In this document: positions 1 through 9,873 of the stretch, piece by piece | How positions within the stretch are numbered: the stretch's first letter is position 1 | How the letters are laid out: the number at the start of each line of letters is the position of its first letter | Program-made: the position numbers and the translations under genes | The notes under the pieces: model-generated | Database searches by the model: none | What the model was told of the DNA's origin: nothing | The model's input: the letters and a program-made list of their open reading frames with translations, nothing else | NCBI GenBank assembly: GCA_018652625.1 | Contig: JABIBT010000021.1 | Location: 14,502-78,501, forward strand | Origin: Candidatus Woesearchaeota archaeon | GTDB lineage: Archaea > Nanobdellota > Nanobdellia > SCGC-AAA011-G17 > PNOQ01 | DNA: 64,000 nt | Direction: 5' to 3'

Positions 1-1
1 T

Positions 2-3000
2 AATGTTCCTAAAATCAAATGTGAAGCTGAAGGAGGAATCCCATTTAACTCTCCAAAAGAATCGGTTCCAGAATGTCAGCTAGGCTGTTGTGATACTGGC
101 GGAGTTTGTACTGTTGTTGAAAATAATGAATGTTTGGGTAATTTTAATGCGGGGCAAACTAATCAAATATTATGTAGTCAATCTTGTTCACCAAGTCAAC
201 TTGGTTGTTGTGAAATGGTTGGAGATTGTTCGTATACTACTTTAGGACAGTGTGATATTGGGAACTCTAATGTTTTAGATTTTTATGGTGGAGAACTTTG
301 TTCTGGGGTAACTTCTTGTGCTGCAAGAGTTGATTCACATGCTTACCAAGCTTGTGGGGACAATAATTTACAAGGAGAAACAAGACATAAAATATATTTT
401 TATGATTCTGCTGGGAATAGGGAGGAGTTAGTTAAGGATTGCGAATATCCTGATGAAACTTGTGATGATCCGGATGGAAAAGGAGGAGAAATTGATGCTG
501 AATGTAGAACAACTGCTTGTGTTTTGGAAGGAGATTGTCCAGACTGTGATATTCAAGAATTTCTAAACGGTGACAGTATTTGTTTAATTTTACACGAAGG
601 ACATTTCTATAATGATGGAAGAAGTAAAGGATTGATTGAAAGAGTTTTAACTTGTAATGCTGGAGTTGTTGAATCTACTCATGATTTAGATAGGGATAAT
701 GAGGTGTGTATAGAAGGCAGTCAAACTTTTGGAGAACTTACTAGAAGAACTTCAAAAGTTATAGATAATAATTGGGGGCAGTGTAGTAGTTGTGGAAGTG
801 GATTTGATTTAGATGCATTTGCATTTTTACCATATTTGGGTGCAGGAATTGTTGCTTTAGGTTCATCTTGTCAAGAACCTATAGATTGGGATTTTGCTGG
901 AAATTGGAAATTAGGAGAAGATTGTAAAGATAGAGGCAAGGTTGGGGATGTTGAAATGTGTGAATATGATCACGATTTATATGCTCCAATTGGGTCCTGT
1001 AATCCAATTTATCCTCCTGCTATAAGTACTGAAGATCAATGTAATAAGTGCGGGGGCGGAGGAGATAGTTTTACGAATGCCTGTACGATTGAAGAGTGTA
1101 ATGCTTTAGGAGATTGTCAGTTTGAGCATAATAATTTAGATTGGAATGGTTTATACAATGCTGGCTTATTAGCTGTTGGTACAGCTACTGCAATAGTTAG
1201 TATTGGATGGGCGGTATGTTCATGGATTCCAGGATTGTGTGCAGCACCTCCTTATTGGGGAACAATTATGAATATTTTAGTTACCGGTGGTTGGTGGAGT
1301 GCAGCTTATTGGGTAGGATTTAGTTTGGTGGTTGGCCAAGGAGCAACATTGGCTAATCCAGATCCACGTTATGATTTTGCTTTTAGAAATGAAGATGATA
1401 GTATTAATTTAGCATGGGGGTTAGCTTTGTCTAATTCAATTGCAAAAGAGATTGAAGAAATTGGTTGGGTAGATCCGGGGATGAGCAGTAGAGGAACTTC
1501 TGAGGGTAGAGCACTTTTATTGGCGGTCTTAAGTGGAATTAGTAACCCAGAGACATTTAGTTCTATAGTTGGAGCATTGGCTGCCCCAATTGGTAGGAAG
1601 ATGTTGAGTTGGGGATTGGAGAGGACAATAAGGAATTATTTAAGAGATGCTGCTTTTGCTGCTACTGATCCAGCTTCTGTTATAGAAGCAGGTATTGTTA
1701 ATGCACTAAAAGGACAAAGTGGACTTAGTAGTGGGCCATTTGCGATAGGAGAGGGTGCTATGGAATATGCAGCAGAACATGCTGCCCAAGCATATGTTGG
1801 TGGGGTCGGTATAGAAACTGCTTCAGAAGTTGGAGCATTGGCAGGCAGTGAAGCTGCCGCAACAGAAACGGTAAAACAGGCAGGAAGTAAATTACTTACA
1901 GCTTTACAAATTATAGGGGCACTGGTTAGTGTTTATACTGTTGCACAAAGTTTGAATACTGGAAATTGTAGGCCAGAAGAAGCATATATAAATAATGATA
2001 GATGTGCCCAGTGTGGTGGAGGAGAAGGACAATGGGCATGTACTCCTATAAGATGTGATATTTTGGGAGGAGGAGATTCTGTTAATAATCCGATTCATTG
2101 TAAATTTTTGCCCGGAGATAGTCCAGATGAAGGGGTTTGTGAACCTTTAGACGTTGATGATACAGCTCTTCCTAACATAGTTAAGGTTGAGGCAACACTA
2201 TTTGATTCTAATGATGATTACGTTAGACAAGAAGGCCCAGTTGATTCTAATAAATTAGAGATAACTGAAAACTTTGATTGGCCAGAATTGGGAAAAATTA
2301 CTTTATCTATTGAAACTAATGAAAGGGCGAATTGTAAATATAGTAAAAATAGTGAAACAGAATATGAAAGTATGAATGCTTTTGACGTTGGAAATTATCC
2401 CTTATCTAATCATGTTAATATTACTTATACCGAAGAGGATAAATCCGAGGAAGATGTCAGAGTGTATATTAAATGTGAGGACCTTAATGGAAACAAACAC
2501 GCTAAAACAGATGATTATAATTACTTAGAAGTGCATTTCAATGAAAGGCCAGATGAATTTCCACCAGAAGTTAGAATAGTTTCTCCTGGTAATAATGTTA
2601 GATTGCCAGAGAGCACTACCCAAATAGAATGGATTATTAATGTAAAAGAAAATAATGGAATTGCTGGATGTAGATATACACAAAGTGGAGTATCAACCTA
2701 TGAAGAAATGGAATCTTCTTTTACATTAATAGGAGATGTTTCATGTATAGGAACAGATTATACTTGTACCGAATATGGAACGACTTTAAATCTGGTGGAT
2801 TTAGAGTATCTTGATATGGAAGAATTAACTGGTGTTGAAGGAGCAGGGAGGAGTTATGTTTTCAATATGAGTTGTATGGATGGAGCAGGAAATTTCAACA
2901 ATCCGCCTCTTCAAATGGGTTTTGTTGTGATACCTACTTTTGCATTAACAATATTATCTCCAATAGATGGAAGTGAATCATATGAATCAAATCCATTGAT

Positions 3001-3454
3001 AGAAGTGCAAACAGATTCATTAACACTTTGTGATTATAAAATGGATGGTCAGGAGTATAATTTTAGTGTAGATGAACCTGGATTTTATTATGATTATAGC
3101 ATCGTGCATCCTGATGCATTAAGTGGAAGTCCTTCTGGAACAAGACACACTTTAGAAGTTACTTGTACTGATGATGCATTCAATACAGTTAGTGAGTCTG
3201 TTGAATTTTATGTGATTCAAGATGTTAATGCTCCAAAATTAGTAAGCATTTATGATAAGAATAGTAAGCTATTTGTTGTTTTAGACGAAGAGGCAACTTG
3301 TACTTATCATACAAGTAATGTAGAAGAAACTCCTATGGTCCCTTCAGTAAATACGTTTAAACACCAATTAAGTTTAGATCCAGACACTTTAATTTATCAT
3401 ATTAGTTGTTTAGACGTTTGGAATAATGAATTAGCGTTTATTGTGTATGTATAA
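2..3454 (+). CDS. Giant cysteine-rich surface protein with internal hydrophobic Ala/Gly-rich region and C-terminal Ig-like repeats (5'-truncated by window edge)
   Basis: Frame of ORF 134..3454 is open back to base 2 (NVPKIKCEAEGG...QLGCCDTGGVC). Repeated CxxCGxG modules, hydrophobic helices mid-protein, four C-terminal repeats ending C-x-D-x-x-x-N (CEDLNGN, CMDGAGN, CTDDAFN, CLDVWNN). Confidence 0.8.
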   Translation, partial: NVPKIKCEAEGGIPFNSPKESVPECQLGCCDTGGVCTVVENNECLGNFNAGQTNQILCSQSCSPSQLGCCEMVGDCSYTTLGQCDIGNSNVLDFYGGELCSGVTSCAARVDSHAYQACGDNNLQGETRHKIYFYDSAGNREELVKDCEYPDETCDDPDGKGGEIDAECRTTACVLEGDCPDCDIQEFLNGDSICLILHEGHFYNDGRSKGLIERVLTCNAGVVESTHDLDRDNEVCIEGSQTFGELTRRTSKVIDNNWGQCSSCGSGFDLDAFAFLPYLGAGIVALGSSCQEPIDWDFAGNWKLGEDCKDRGKVGDVEMCEYDHDLYAPIGSCNPIYPPAISTEDQCNKCGGGGDSFTNACTIEECNALGDCQFEHNNLDWNGLYNAGLLAVGTATAIVSIGWAVCSWIPGLCAAPPYWGTIMNILVTGGWWSAAYWVGFSLVVGQGATLANPDPRYDFAFRNEDDSINLAWGLALSNSIAKEIEEIGWVDPGMSSRGTSEGRALLLAVLSGISNPETFSSIVGALAAPIGRKMLSWGLERTIRNYLRDAAFAATDPASVIEAGIVNALKGQSGLSSGPFAIGEGAMEYAAEHAAQAYVGGVGIETASEVGALAGSEAAATETVKQAGSKLLTALQIIGALVSVYTVAQSLNTGNCRPEEAYINNDRCAQCGGGEGQWACTPIRCDILGGGDSVNNPIHCKFLPGDSPDEGVCEPLDVDDTALPNIVKVEATLFDSNDDYVRQEGPVDSNKLEITENFDWPELGKITLSIETNERANCKYSKNSETEYESMNAFDVGNYPLSNHVNITYTEEDKSEEDVRVYIKCEDLNGNKHAKTDDYNYLEVHFNERPDEFPPEVRIVSPGNNVRLPESTTQIEWIINVKENNGIAGCRYTQSGVSTYEEMESSFTLIGDVSCIGTDYTCTEYGTTLNLVDLEYLDMEELTGVEGAGRSYVFNMSCMDGAGNFNNPPLQMGFVVIPTFALTILSPIDGSESYESNPLIEVQTDSLTLCDYKMDGQEYNFSVDEPGFYYDYSIVHPDALSGSPSGTRHTLEVTCTDDAFNTVSESVEFYVIQDVNAPKLVSIYDKNSKLFVVLDEEATCTYHTSNVEETPMVPSVNTFKHQLSLDPDTLIYHISCLDVWNNELAFIVYV

Positions 3455-3960
3455 TGAAAAAAAAAGGACAATTATTTGGACAACCGATTATGTATGTTTT
3501 TTACGCCGTTGTAGCTATTTTAGTTTTGGTTTTTGGTATTAGGATTGCCATACAACTAAATGAGAAAAGTGATTTACTTAAAGAAGAAATTTTTTTCAGT
3601 GACCTCGAAGAGAAATTTGATTCTGTTTATAGGGATAGTTATGGAAGTTCAATAAGTTTGATAGATTTGAAAGTCCCTTCAAATTTTATTGAACTTTGTT
3701 TTATGGATATTGGTCAGGAAAAAGATTTAAGCGAGGTTACTTTAACTAGGCTAAATGATTTAATTGATGCTTCTTATGATGCTGAAGTGGATGATAATGT
3801 TTTTGTTATTAAAGCTGATCAGAAGGACTTATCTGTTGAGATAGGGAGATATTTTGTTCTGGAGGGAAATGCTTCTGTTTTGTGTGATAAACTAACTGAT
3901 GGAAAATTAGATATTAAATTAGTTAACGAAGGACAAGTTATTAGAGCACAACATATATAA
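3454..3960 (+). CDS. Class III signal peptide (pilin-like) protein
   Basis: MKKKG|Q followed by hydrophobic helix; TAATG coupling to upstream gene. Confidence 0.75.
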   Translation: MKKKGQLFGQPIMYVFYAVVAILVLVFGIRIAIQLNEKSDLLKEEIFFSDLEEKFDSVYRDSYGSSISLIDLKVPSNFIELCFMDIGQEKDLSEVTLTRLNDLIDASYDAEVDDNVFVIKADQKDLSVEIGRYFVLEGNASVLCDKLTDGKLDIKLVNEGQVIRAQHI

Positions 3961-3983
3961 ATAACAAATCCAATTTTTTCTTT

Positions 3984-4814
3984 ATGAATAAAAAAGGACA
4001 AGGTGTTCAGTTTAATTGGATTTTTATTGTAATTGCAGGAGTTTTTGTTCTAATGTTTTTTTTGGGTTTTTTAGTTAAATATATGGATATCCAAGATTCT
4101 AAACAAAATGCCCAATATGGTTGGGATTTTAAGAACCACATTTTGGGGTTGAAAAGTACTGAACAATATAGTAATTTTTCTGCACCAAGATTTAAGATTA
4201 ATTATGATTGTGAAAATATAATTATTAATGGGGATCAAGGGTTTAGTATGCCTTACTCTATTTTTATGGAAGAGATTGATTCTGGTGAGATTTTATTTTG
4301 GGTTGAAGAATATCATAAAGGATTTTTAGTTGATAGAGTTGTTTTTATTTCTGATGCTAGCAAAAAGTATTATTTTGATGAAGAGTATAGGAGTAATATC
4401 CCTCCAAATATTAGATTGGTTTCTAGTGCTTCTAATGCTGATGTTGTTGTAAGTTCTGATCCTTTAAAAGTTGTTGATGAGCGAGATAGAAAAGAAATAT
4501 TTGTTAATAATGGAATGATTGAATTTGTCGACGATGGTGAGCGATTCCTTTATGATAATGATTTTTTTATCTATGGGGCAGCTTTTTCTAATTCTGAAAT
4601 CTTTAAGTGCACGCAAGATGATTTAGAAGAAAGATTTGATATTTTATCTGAGCTGTATATTTCTAAAATTTCTTATTTATCTTCTTCACAAAGTGCTTCG
4701 TGTACTCCATTATATAATACTCTTAGAAATGCTTTAACTTTTTCATTAACTGCTGCTGAAATAAAATCTTCAAATGATAATTTAATTAATTATGGTTGCG
4801 AGGTGGTATTTTGA
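3984..4814 (+). CDS. Class III signal peptide (pilin-like) protein
   Basis: MNKKG|QGVQFNWIFIVIAGVFVLMFF; C-terminal Cys residues. Confidence 0.75.
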   Translation: MNKKGQGVQFNWIFIVIAGVFVLMFFLGFLVKYMDIQDSKQNAQYGWDFKNHILGLKSTEQYSNFSAPRFKINYDCENIIINGDQGFSMPYSIFMEEIDSGEILFWVEEYHKGFLVDRVVFISDASKKYYFDEEYRSNIPPNIRLVSSASNADVVVSSDPLKVVDERDRKEIFVNNGMIEFVDDGERFLYDNDFFIYGAAFSNSEIFKCTQDDLEERFDILSELYISKISYLSSSQSASCTPLYNTLRNALTFSLTAAEIKSSNDNLINYGCEVVF

Positions 4815-5263
4815 AAAGAGGACAATTACAAATACAGGAAAGTATATTTGTATTGTTTGTTTTCTTTATTATTTTAGTTATTGGCATGGTTGTTTTTTAT
4901 CAAATGGAATTTAGAAGTATTGAACGAATGAGAAAAGAAAATGAAGATGTTACTTTTTATTATTTAATATCTTATGTTCCTGCTATGCCAGAAGTAGTTT
5001 GTTCTGAAAAAGGAATTGTTGAAGAATGTATTGACTTGGTTAAGGCAAGGGCGTTTGCTAGTTACGATAATGATTATTACAGAAAAATATTTGGTAACAG
5101 GAAAATTATTTTGAATGCCGATGGAGAAAAGATAGAACTGTATGATTTTGAACCTTCTAAGTACTCTGCTGAGAGAATAATTTCAACTCCAGTTAGTGTG
5201 TATAATCCTAGAGATAAAAGTTATACTATTGGAAAATTAGAGGTGCATGATTATGAAAACTAA
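4811..5263 (+). CDS. Class III signal peptide (pilin-like) protein
   Basis: Start moved to TTG 4811 (SD GAGGTGG upstream, TTGA overlap with previous stop), giving MKRG|QLQIQESIFVLFVFFIILVIG. Confidence 0.75.
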   Translation: MKRGQLQIQESIFVLFVFFIILVIGMVVFYQMEFRSIERMRKENEDVTFYYLISYVPAMPEVVCSEKGIVEECIDLVKARAFASYDNDYYRKIFGNRKIILNADGEKIELYDFEPSKYSAERIISTPVSVYNPRDKSYTIGKLEVHDYEN

Positions 5264-5663
5264 AGGACAAATAGATATGTTTGGTTTGGTAATAATAGTT
5301 ATACTTATAGTTATGATTGGATTATTTTCTTTATTTTTTATTTCTCGAGGACAAATTGATGAAAGAGAAGAATATTATTCCTACAAAGCTAATAATTTTG
5401 CTAATGCGTTATCTAAATATTCTCGTGGGAATTTAAATTTTAAGGAAATGGTTTTGGAGTGTTGCACTGGAAGTAGATGTGAAGATTTGTTAGACTTTGT
5501 TGAAGATAATTTTGCTTATGTTGATGAGCCGGTTAGTTTTGAAATAGAATGTGCTAATTCTGATTATTCTGGTTCTCGAGGGAGCTGCAGTAGTGGAATT
5601 GCCTCAGAGTCCATAATTCTGCAGTCTGGGGACCTAATTCGAGTAAATTTGTGTAGAAAATAG
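5247..5663 (+). CDS. Class III signal peptide (pilin-like) protein
   Basis: (MI)MKTKG|QIDMFGLVIIVILIVMIG; SD GAGGTG at about 5240; start may be ATG 5253. Confidence 0.75.
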   Translation: MIMKTKGQIDMFGLVIIVILIVMIGLFSLFFISRGQIDEREEYYSYKANNFANALSKYSRGNLNFKEMVLECCTGSRCEDLLDFVEDNFAYVDEPVSFEIECANSDYSGSRGSCSSGIASESIILQSGDLIRVNLCRK

Positions 5664-5740
5664 GCTTTTTTGCTTTTAAAGGTCTTAGGGCTTAAAATTT
5701 GGGTGTTTGGAGGCGAAATATATGCTAAAACAGATAAATG

Positions 5741-5748
5741 TTTATAAA
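5741..5748 (+). promoter_or_regulatory. Archaeal TATA box for S-layer transcript
   Basis: TTTATAAA preceded by purine-rich BRE-like sequence; same motif precedes many genes in the window. Confidence 0.6.
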
Positions 5749-5770
5749 TGGAGAAATTGCAATTTTATTA

Positions 5771-5827
5771 ATGAAAATAGAAGATTACAGCGTCGTAGTT
5801 TATAGCAATGACTTAGGAGTTGACTAA
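5771..5827 (+). CDS. Putative 18-aa upstream ORF in S-layer leader
   Basis: MKIEDYSVVVYSNDLGVD*; ATG lies 22 nt after the TATA box, the same spacing as leaderless genes elsewhere in the window. Confidence 0.3.
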   Translation: MKIEDYSVVVYSNDLGVD

Positions 5828-5881
5828 CAACCTCAAAAATGAGGGAATGTAAAAAGAGATTAACATGGAGGTGTTAATATT

Positions 5882-7975
5882 ATGAAAAAATTTATTAGAA
5901 GAGTTGCTGCAGTCGGTATGGGTTCAGCTATGTTATTAGGAACATTTGGCGGAGCACTAGCGGCTAACGAGACTCTAGCAGATTTACCTGCACCATTCGT
6001 TGTGAACGAAGCATATGCTGACGTTGCAATGGTTGTTGGTTCCTTAGCTGGTACCGATGATAATGCTGCAAGATCTGCATTAAAGACATATTTCGACGGA
6101 GAAGCAACAGCTGTTGCTGGAGACACATCCTTGAGTACTGATGCCTATAATAGGGAATTCTACTATGAGTCTGAATTCAATGGAAGTACTCAATTTGGAA
6201 CAGAAGTAGACGATGAAAAAGTGGATACTTTGTATGATGGTAAAATTGACTGGGGTGACAAGTCCTATGATGTTAGAGAACTAATCAACTTTACTGGCGG
6301 AGCTAAAATTAGTACTAGTGTTAATTCGACAGGAGTGAAGGAGTTTGCCGGAGATCCATATGTAACTTTTGAATCAGGGTCTGTTAGCTATCTGTACTAC
6401 TTTGATACACTTTTTGAAGAAAATGCTTCCAGTAGTCACAATTTGAGTTCTACTACGCCTTTAGAATTTACTTTTTTAGGTAAGGATGTAAAGATATCAG
6501 ATGTAAGTACTACTGCAGATACCATTTCTTTGAATATGGCTGATGAATTTACTTTCAAAGAAGGCGAAGTACAAACCATAGAGGGAAGTTCTGTTACTGT
6601 AGGAAGTATCTTTGAATCTTCTGTAGAAGTGACTTTAGATGGTGTTACAAAAATTGTTAGTTCCGGAAGTAGCCATGATTTTGGAGACTTAACTGTTAAG
6701 GTCGACACAATTGGATATAATTCGAACAATCCAGATTTAAGTAAAACTATCTTGAATGTTGGAACTAAGATTAGTGATACTGTAAGTGATGGAGAAGTCT
6801 TTGAATTATTTACTGACTATGATCCAGATAACAATGCCCCTTGGGAATGGGAGATTAGAACAGGTAACACTGCTGCAGGACACTGGATTTCTTGGGTTGG
6901 TGTAACTTTGAGATTGGCAGCAGATGATTTAGATGTTGGAGATACAGACTCTAATCCAGATCCATTTGGAGTAGGAGGTTCATTTGTATTTCCAAATAAT
7001 TATGTAGCTATATCTTTCGATGAAACAACAGATACAAGTTATTGTAAGATAACTATTGAAGCATTGGCTGATAAAGACATAAACTCTTCTGCTGGATCTA
7101 GCGCAAACGGAGACAATACAGACTATCTTCATTTTGTTGGAGATGAAACTAATTGTTTTGCAATTGGAGGCGTAGATACTAATGCTATTTATGCTTTGGA
7201 GCGAAACGATACTTCAGTTGCTTGGGATTTGTGGTATGAAGACAGCGAGGGTATTAAGAAGAACTCTACTGAGACTACGTTTAACATAGATTGGGATGAT
7301 ACAATTATGGCAGTATCTTTTATTAATAACACTGCATCAAATCACCACTATGTCAATATCTCGAAAGACACTAACGCAGATTCTAGAGATGAAAGTATCT
7401 TTTTGAATGTGTCAAGTGGAATTCAAGAATTTGGAACAACAGAAGACTTTGATTCAGGTGAAAGAGAGGTTTTCTATTCTTGGACAACTAGGCCTCAAGG
7501 AGTTGGGATAATAGATCTTTCTGGAAGAGATTACCAAGCATTAACAATGTATGGTGTGATTATTGGAGATGACGGATCTGATGTAGAAGATGATTTAGAT
7601 GCAGATAAGGTGGTTATCCATGTGCCAAATAATCGAGCCCAAGCAGTAGTATCTATTGGTGCTGGTGCACAAGTTACTGGTGGAGCAGTTGTTGAACCTG
7701 CATTAGTTAATGATGCAAGTGCAGCAGGATATAACAACTTAATCCTTGTAGGTGGACCTTGTGTAAACGAGTTAACAGCAGATTACTTAGGACTAGATTT
7801 CCCTTCATGTGAAGGTGTTTCTGGAATACTAGAGAACAAGGCGATTGTTCAATTAGTTGAATCTGGTGGAAAAACTGCATTGATTGTAGCTGGATGGGAA
7901 GCTGCTGACACAAAGAGAGCTGCTGACACAGTTGCTGCAGGCGGATTAACAGGTGCAGACATTATCGTAGAGTAA
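5882..7975 (+). CDS. S-layer protein (Methanococcales-type S-layer N/C domains)
   Basis: Signal peptide MKKFIRRVAAVGMGSAMLLG, LADLPAPFV..MVVG N-terminal motif, C-terminal NLILVGGPCVNELT..LIVAGWEAADT; about 12 N-X-S/T sequons; SD GGAGGTG. Confidence 0.9.
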   Translation: MKKFIRRVAAVGMGSAMLLGTFGGALAANETLADLPAPFVVNEAYADVAMVVGSLAGTDDNAARSALKTYFDGEATAVAGDTSLSTDAYNREFYYESEFNGSTQFGTEVDDEKVDTLYDGKIDWGDKSYDVRELINFTGGAKISTSVNSTGVKEFAGDPYVTFESGSVSYLYYFDTLFEENASSSHNLSSTTPLEFTFLGKDVKISDVSTTADTISLNMADEFTFKEGEVQTIEGSSVTVGSIFESSVEVTLDGVTKIVSSGSSHDFGDLTVKVDTIGYNSNNPDLSKTILNVGTKISDTVSDGEVFELFTDYDPDNNAPWEWEIRTGNTAAGHWISWVGVTLRLAADDLDVGDTDSNPDPFGVGGSFVFPNNYVAISFDETTDTSYCKITIEALADKDINSSAGSSANGDNTDYLHFVGDETNCFAIGGVDTNAIYALERNDTSVAWDLWYEDSEGIKKNSTETTFNIDWDDTIMAVSFINNTASNHHYVNISKDTNADSRDESIFLNVSSGIQEFGTTEDFDSGEREVFYSWTTRPQGVGIIDLSGRDYQALTMYGVIIGDDGSDVEDDLDADKVVIHVPNNRAQAVVSIGAGAQVTGGAVVEPALVNDASAAGYNNLILVGGPCVNELTADYLGLDFPSCEGVSGILENKAIVQLVESGGKTALIVAGWEAADTKRAADTVAAGGLTGADIIVE

Positions 7976-7986
7976 ACCTCTACAAC

Positions 7987-8005
7987 TTTTTTCTTTTTTT
8001 ATTTT
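7987..8005 (+). terminator. Oligo-T terminator after S-layer gene
   Basis: TTTTTTCTTTTTTTATTTT immediately downstream of stop. Confidence 0.55.
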
Positions 8006-8046
8006 AACGAAACATTTTTATTTGTATTAGTTATTGGTATTTTAAG

Positions 8047-8520
8047 ATGAAAAAAAACAGAAACAAATTATACATTGGATTATTTATTGTATTTTTGATG
8101 GTATCTAGTACTATTGGATTTTTATATAGTTCTGAGGATTCAAAAAAAGTAAATGGAAATAAATTTACTTTAACAGATAAAGGATGGCAGCTTTATTCCG
8201 GTGGAAATTATTGGTATTTTGATTATTTGCCTAGTGAACTGAATTTTGAATCAGATATGAGAACAATATCAAATTTGGTTTATGTTTCTGTTTTGGATAA
8301 TCAATATTTTTATGAAATAAGTAATAAGTTTGCTTTGTTGGGAGTAGTTGTAGAAAGGGTTAGTTTGGAAGAAATAGATTGTGATACGGAAATTACTACA
8401 TTAGTATTTATGTATGAGAATGACAATAAAATTTATAAAGAAGGTAGTTGTGTCTATTTTGAAGGGCGAGAGGATATGCTCATTGATAAATTATTTTATG
8501 AAATGTTGGGAGTGATTTGA
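8047..8520 (+). CDS. Hypothetical membrane-anchored protein
   Basis: N-terminal TM (LYIGLFIVFLMVSSTIGF), C-terminal Cys pair; C-terminal region resembles the next gene. Confidence 0.65.
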   Translation: MKKNRNKLYIGLFIVFLMVSSTIGFLYSSEDSKKVNGNKFTLTDKGWQLYSGGNYWYFDYLPSELNFESDMRTISNLVYVSVLDNQYFYEISNKFALLGVVVERVSLEEIDCDTEITTLVFMYENDNKIYKEGSCVYFEGREDMLIDKLFYEMLGVI

Positions 8521-8521
8521 T

Positions 8522-9178
8522 TTGGAGAAAAAACAGGAAAAAATAATAGTGGTTGTGTTGATTTTAGTTATATTAGCACTAGCCTTTGGAATTAGTTATT
8601 CTGTTTATTCAAGAACAAGTAAAGAATATACTTATTTAGGACCGGCGGGAAACTTTTCTTTTGTTTTAGATAGACATACTGGAAATGATGTGCATATTTT
8701 AGCTTTGCCTTACATGCCAAATAGTTTATGGGAAAAAACTTTTTTGATTCCTTTTAATTATGGCCCAGAAGAGTTGGAAGGGATTTATACGGAAGAGGTT
8801 AGAGAATTGATTATTGATTCGCCAGAAATTTATATGGTTAGAGATGTTTATTTAGATGAGAAGACACAGAATAATATAGCTGTTGCTATATTGAATGTAG
8901 ATAGAGTTGTTGGTCAAGATATGTTAACTCCTCCAATTTATAATATTCCTATTACGTTTGGAGCTATTGAAGAAAATAGTTTGTCTCAAGGACTTGGTTT
9001 ACAAGTCATGACCTGTGAAGATGCTCACGCAGTTACAACCGTAATTTGGTTTAAGGAAGGAACTGAAAATAAAATCTATAAAGAAAATGAGTATTGTGTT
9101 GTTGTTGAATTTAAAGAAGGAGAGAATCCAATAAAATCTGCAACTAGATTAGTTTATCATATAACTGGAGTTATGTAA
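8522..9178 (+). CDS. Hypothetical membrane-anchored protein
   Basis: N-terminal TM; C-terminal TC..ENKIYKENEYCV..RLVYHITGVM parallels DC..DNKIYKEGSCV..KLFYEMLGVI of the upstream gene. Confidence 0.65.
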   Translation: MEKKQEKIIVVVLILVILALAFGISYSVYSRTSKEYTYLGPAGNFSFVLDRHTGNDVHILALPYMPNSLWEKTFLIPFNYGPEELEGIYTEEVRELIIDSPEIYMVRDVYLDEKTQNNIAVAILNVDRVVGQDMLTPPIYNIPITFGAIEENSLSQGLGLQVMTCEDAHAVTTVIWFKEGTENKIYKENEYCVVVEFKEGENPIKSATRLVYHITGVM

Positions 9179-9208
9179 GTTGTCAGCTTGCCATGCACGG
9201 GGAAATAA

Positions 9209-9216
9209 TTTATAAA
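9209..9216 (+). promoter_or_regulatory. TATA box of LAGLIDADG gene (leaderless)
   Basis: TTTATAAA 21 nt before ATG 9238, no SD. Confidence 0.55.
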
Positions 9217-9237
9217 CTACTTCTAATTTTTTATTAG

Positions 9238-9873
9238 ATGGATTTGAATAAACTGGCTTTATTTTTAGGTATGTTAGTTGGAGACGGTTCTATATCAAAC
9301 AGAAAAAATGGTTTTGGGTATCCTACTTATTCAGTTGCTTTTTGGAATACTCGAAGGGAATATGTGGATTTATTCTCAAACCTTAATTCTGATTTATTTG
9401 ATTCTGAGGGCAAGATAAATCCACGACACAGGCCAAATAAGAAAGTACTTTATGAATTTCGTATTTACTCAAAACCTATTTTTGATTATCTTGTTGATGA
9501 TGTTGGAATTCCTTCTGGGAAAAAGGCTGCGATAGTTAAGATCCCAAAGATAATACTTAAATCAAATAATGAGGTTAAGAAATATTTTTTTCTTGGTTTA
9601 TTTTTGACAGATGGTGGATTAAATAAGCGAGGAAATCTCCATTTTCATATGGCCAGTAGGGAGTTATTATCGGGATTGAGTGGTATGATCAAAGATATTT
9701 GGGGATTTGATAAAGAAGTTAAAAATGTTATACAAAAAAATAAATATTTTTCTTATCAGTTAAATTTAAATATGGATGAAAGTAGCGTTGTATTACATGA
9801 CTTATGCCGGGATCGCATAATCTGGTATTGCACTGATTCAGCTGAGTTAGTCTCTCTGAAGTGTAAGCCTTGA
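9238..9873 (+). CDS. Free-standing two-motif LAGLIDADG homing endonuclease
   Basis: Motif 1 LALFLGMLVGDGSI, motif 2 KYFFLGLFLTDGGL, both acidic residues retained; no intein splice motifs. The 3' end overlaps the tRNA and the stop TGA is its anticodon. Confidence 0.85.
   Translation: MDLNKLALFLGMLVGDGSISNRKNGFGYPTYSVAFWNTRREYVDLFSNLNSDLFDSEGKINPRHRPNKKVLYEFRIYSKPIFDYLVDDVGIPSGKKAAIVKIPKIILKSNNEVKKYFFLGLFLTDGGLNKRGNLHFHMASRELLSGLSGMIKDIWGFDKEVKNVIQKNKYFSYQLNLNMDESSVVLHDLCRDRIIWYCTDSAELVSLKCKP

Noticed and set aside
9836..9845. TTCA within the tRNA suggesting a Sec/opal-suppressor anticodon
   Set aside because: It is part of the intron 1 stem (TTCAG/CTGAA); the spliced product has a perfect Ser(TGA) anticodon arm.
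9238..9873. Intein or group I intron
   Set aside because: No host gene, no intein splice residues (N-terminal C/S, C-terminal HN) and no interrupted RNA gene enclosing the ORF.
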